Shown here: positions 34,870-37,276 of the stretch, piece by piece
How the letters are laid out: each line of letters opens with the position of its first letter
Numbering within the stretch: position 1 is the first letter of the stretch
Origin: Candidatus Omnitrophota bacterium
Lineage (GTDB): Bacteria > Omnitrophota > Gorgyraeia > Zapsychrales > JAHFGK01
Assembly (NCBI GenBank): GCA_023247475.1
Contig: JAHFGK010000001.1
Location: 13,230 to 50,505, forward strand
DNA length: 37,276 nt
Reading direction: 5' to 3'
Program-made: the position numbers and the translations under genes
Notes under the pieces: model-generated
Database searches by the model: none
What the model was told of the DNA's origin: nothing
The model's input: only the letters and a program-made list of their open reading frames with translations

Positions 34870-37276
34870 ATGCGACTAAAATACCTCGTCATCTTTTTCG
34901 TTTCTCTCCTAGCCATATCTCTAGAATTGTTCTTTACTAGAATTTTAAACCTAAAAACATGGAATCATGTCGTCTATATCATTATTCCCTATGCCATTTT
35001 GGGATATGGGATAGGAGCTAATATTTATCTTATTTGCAAAAATTATTTTAAAAAATGGAAAGAAGATTATCTCATAGCGTATTTGTTGTTATTACTTTCT
35101 ATATTTAGTATCGTGTCCACTCAGGCCATAATCGATTTTCCTATCCTCATTGCCTATATTGCCAAACTCCTTGTTAATATAAAAGCCATTTACATGCTTC
35201 TTATATCGTATACGATCCTGATGATTCCTTTTGTGTTTATTGGATTTTTAGTCGTCTTTTTATTTACGACCCAGCCTATATCCAATAATAAACTTTACTT
35301 TTGGGATCTTCTGGGAGCTGGCTTGGGCGCATTTCTTTTTTACCCTTTAATCAATTCTATGAACGTTTTTCATTCCATCCTGTTTCTTTCTTTAATTATA
35401 TTTTATTTATCTCTTCTTTTATTTTTTCCAAAGCACTATTGGCTCTTTGGCCCGTTTGTCATATTATGTTCTGCCATAGCTTTTACAGCTCTTCCAGAGC
35501 CCGATCGGTATACAGTGGACAAAACCAAAGGATGGGAATATATACCTGGATTTGTGCCAGCGGAATACTATGAAAGAATAGTCTCTCGCTGGCATCCTCT
35601 TGGCCGGACGGAAATTTTTCGCATAACGGATGAATATGTGCAAGAACGTTTATATGCTAATGCGGTCGGCACCTTTGAAATTAATGTAAGGCCCATTCCG
35701 GAATTTTCTTTTGTGTCCACAAATTATCTGGCCGGAACTCCCATATACAAATTTTCCTCGGAAGGTCTAGCAGAAAAGAATTCCAAGATATATTTATTTA
35801 GTGAAGCCATGGAATGTCCTTATGTCCTGGAGAAAGAACCAAAAACATTAATTATTGGAACGGGGGGCGGTCGCGATATTTTTATGGCAGAGACTCACGG
35901 AGCTAAAGAAATTTATGGGGCAGAAATTAATCCAGCTATTTACGCTGAGATGGCTCCGGGAGGAAAGTTCTATGAATATTCCGGGAAGATCTATTTTCAC
36001 CCCAATACTAAAATTTTTAATGAAGATGGAAGGCATTTAGTGAAGAGACTAGACTCCCAAGATTTTGATCTCATTATTTTAAATGGTGTGGATACTTTTT
36101 CTGGTCTATCCACCGGAGCCTATGCTTATGCGGAAAGTTATCTATATACAAAAGAAGCCGTTCTTGATTATCTGCGTACTCTTAAAGTTAACGGAATAAT
36201 TAATTTCAATCGATGGAGTTTTTATCCTGACACTCCTCGAGAAGAATTGCGTCTCTTTGCCATTGCCCTGGAGGCCTTACGAACGATTGGGGCGCAAGAA
36301 CCATGGGAACATATTATTTTAGGAACCTATCGTTTTTGGGCCATTTTTCTCATTAAGAAAACCCCTTTTACACCGGAGGAGAGAGAAACTGTAGAAAATT
36401 ATTTTCTAGAACACAACATTAAATTGATCTTCCCATCAACTGAACAGAGTAGCTACATATCCATTTTTAATCAGTATGTACAATCTTTTAAAGAAAAAAA
36501 AGAAAAGATGTTTGCTAAAAACTATCCTTGTGATATTTCCGTTATTTCTGATGATGCCCCATTCTTTTATAAATATTATAAACTAAATTCCTTTAATCCC
36601 TTTAATGTCTTTGTTAAGCACCATACGGGTACAATCATTTTTATGACCCAAGTCCTCGTATTGGTTCAAGCGGTTGTCTTCATACTAATTTTTATTTTTT
36701 TGCCACTTTACGTTTTTAAGAAAACCGAGGTGAAAAATATGCCTACTGATTTTCGGAATTCATTTATCCTGTTTTTCAGTTGTCTCGGATGTGGTTACAT
36801 GTTTATCGAGATCCCGATGATGCAACGTTTTGTTTTGTTATTAGGGAGTCCGATTTATTCTATTTCGGTAACATTGACAGCCCTTTTGATTTCTTCCGGA
36901 CTAGGGAGTTTATTATTGCCTTATGCCCAGAAATTCCTAAAATCAAAAAAATTCTGTTTGACTCTATCGACCGCACTCTTAGCAGCTTTGATTTTAGGAT
37001 TAGTTTCAATTGGGATGAAAAGTTTAGATCATTTGATAGGTTTACCGTTTATGGGACGCGTCCTGATTGTTTGTTTAATCTTATTCCCCGTAGGATTATT
37101 GTTAGGAATGTTTTTCCCTTCCGGACTGCAATTGATCAGCCGCGAGTATGAAAATGCGATTCCCTGGGCATGGGGAATTAATTCTGGTTTTAGCGTATTA
37201 GGCTCGATACTAGCCATTATTTTTGCCCAATTTTGGGGGTTTAGTACGATCCTTCAATTAGCTTTGATAATATATT
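34870..37276 (+). CDS. Multi-TM spermidine-synthase-like SAM-dependent protein (3'-truncated, absent from ORF track)
   Basis: Translated by hand: MRLKYLVIFFVSLLAISLELFFTRIL..., LYFWDLLGAGLG, LIIGTGGGRDI...GAEINP, EDGRH, ESYLYTKEA, SDDAPFFY, GYMFIEI, WAWGINSGFSVLG, all in one frame that reaches the window end. Confidence 0.9.
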   Translation, partial: MRLKYLVIFFVSLLAISLELFFTRILNLKTWNHVVYIIIPYAILGYGIGANIYLICKNYFKKWKEDYLIAYLLLLLSIFSIVSTQAIIDFPILIAYIAKLLVNIKAIYMLLISYTILMIPFVFIGFLVVFLFTTQPISNNKLYFWDLLGAGLGAFLFYPLINSMNVFHSILFLSLIIFYLSLLLFFPKHYWLFGPFVILCSAIAFTALPEPDRYTVDKTKGWEYIPGFVPAEYYERIVSRWHPLGRTEIFRITDEYVQERLYANAVGTFEINVRPIPEFSFVSTNYLAGTPIYKFSSEGLAEKNSKIYLFSEAMECPYVLEKEPKTLIIGTGGGRDIFMAETHGAKEIYGAEINPAIYAEMAPGGKFYEYSGKIYFHPNTKIFNEDGRHLVKRLDSQDFDLIILNGVDTFSGLSTGAYAYAESYLYTKEAVLDYLRTLKVNGIINFNRWSFYPDTPREELRLFAIALEALRTIGAQEPWEHIILGTYRFWAIFLIKKTPFTPEERETVENYFLEHNIKLIFPSTEQSSYISIFNQYVQSFKEKKEKMFAKNYPCDISVISDDAPFFYKYYKLNSFNPFNVFVKHHTGTIIFMTQVLVLVQAVVFILIFIFLPLYVFKKTEVKNMPTDFRNSFILFFSCLGCGYMFIEIPMMQRFVLLLGSPIYSISVTLTALLISSGLGSLLLPYAQKFLKSKKFCLTLSTALLAALILGLVSIGMKSLDHLIGLPFMGRVLIVCLILFPVGLLLGMFFPSGLQLISREYENAIPWAWGINSGFSVLGSILAIIFAQFWGFSTILQLALIIY

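Noticed and set aside
35301-37217. Short ORFs listed in the last 2 kb
   Set aside because: All are shadows of the long unlisted CDS starting at 34870.

Overview
AT-rich bacterial window, probably from an Omnitrophota (OP3)-like organism; this is inferred from the giant multi-enzyme membrane ORF and is not proven. The first 15.3 kb is the 3' part of one giant gene of more than 5,100 aa whose frame is open from base 3, so it starts before the window. It strings together adenosine deaminase, two LOG, 2H-phosphoesterase, PEP-synthase-like dikinase, YvcK/CofD, HAD, hexokinase, nucleotidyltransferase-like and histidine-phosphatase domains. These are punctuated by three copies of a 109-aa, roughly 4-TM cassette carrying E..FxxxH..HxxxN motifs like CPBP/Rce1 intramembrane proteases, so the gene is a candidate self-processing polyprotein. 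Directly after its stop lies a decayed duplicate of the mutL 3' end, which together with intact mutL brackets a dockerin/GLUG gene. Next come mutL and mutS (mutS flanked by 17-nt palindromic repeats), a TPR/coiled-coil protein, a BamE-like lipoprotein, a signal-peptide-bearing Pcm, a clan GH-A glycoside hydrolase with dockerin and a MORN-variant lipoprotein. The window ends in a cluster of membrane SAM-dependent (spermidine-synthase-like) and GT-C-like genes, the last of which runs off the end and is missing from the ORF track. No rRNA, tRNA, CRISPR array, integrase or transposase was recognised. All domain calls are by-eye motif recognition, not database hits.
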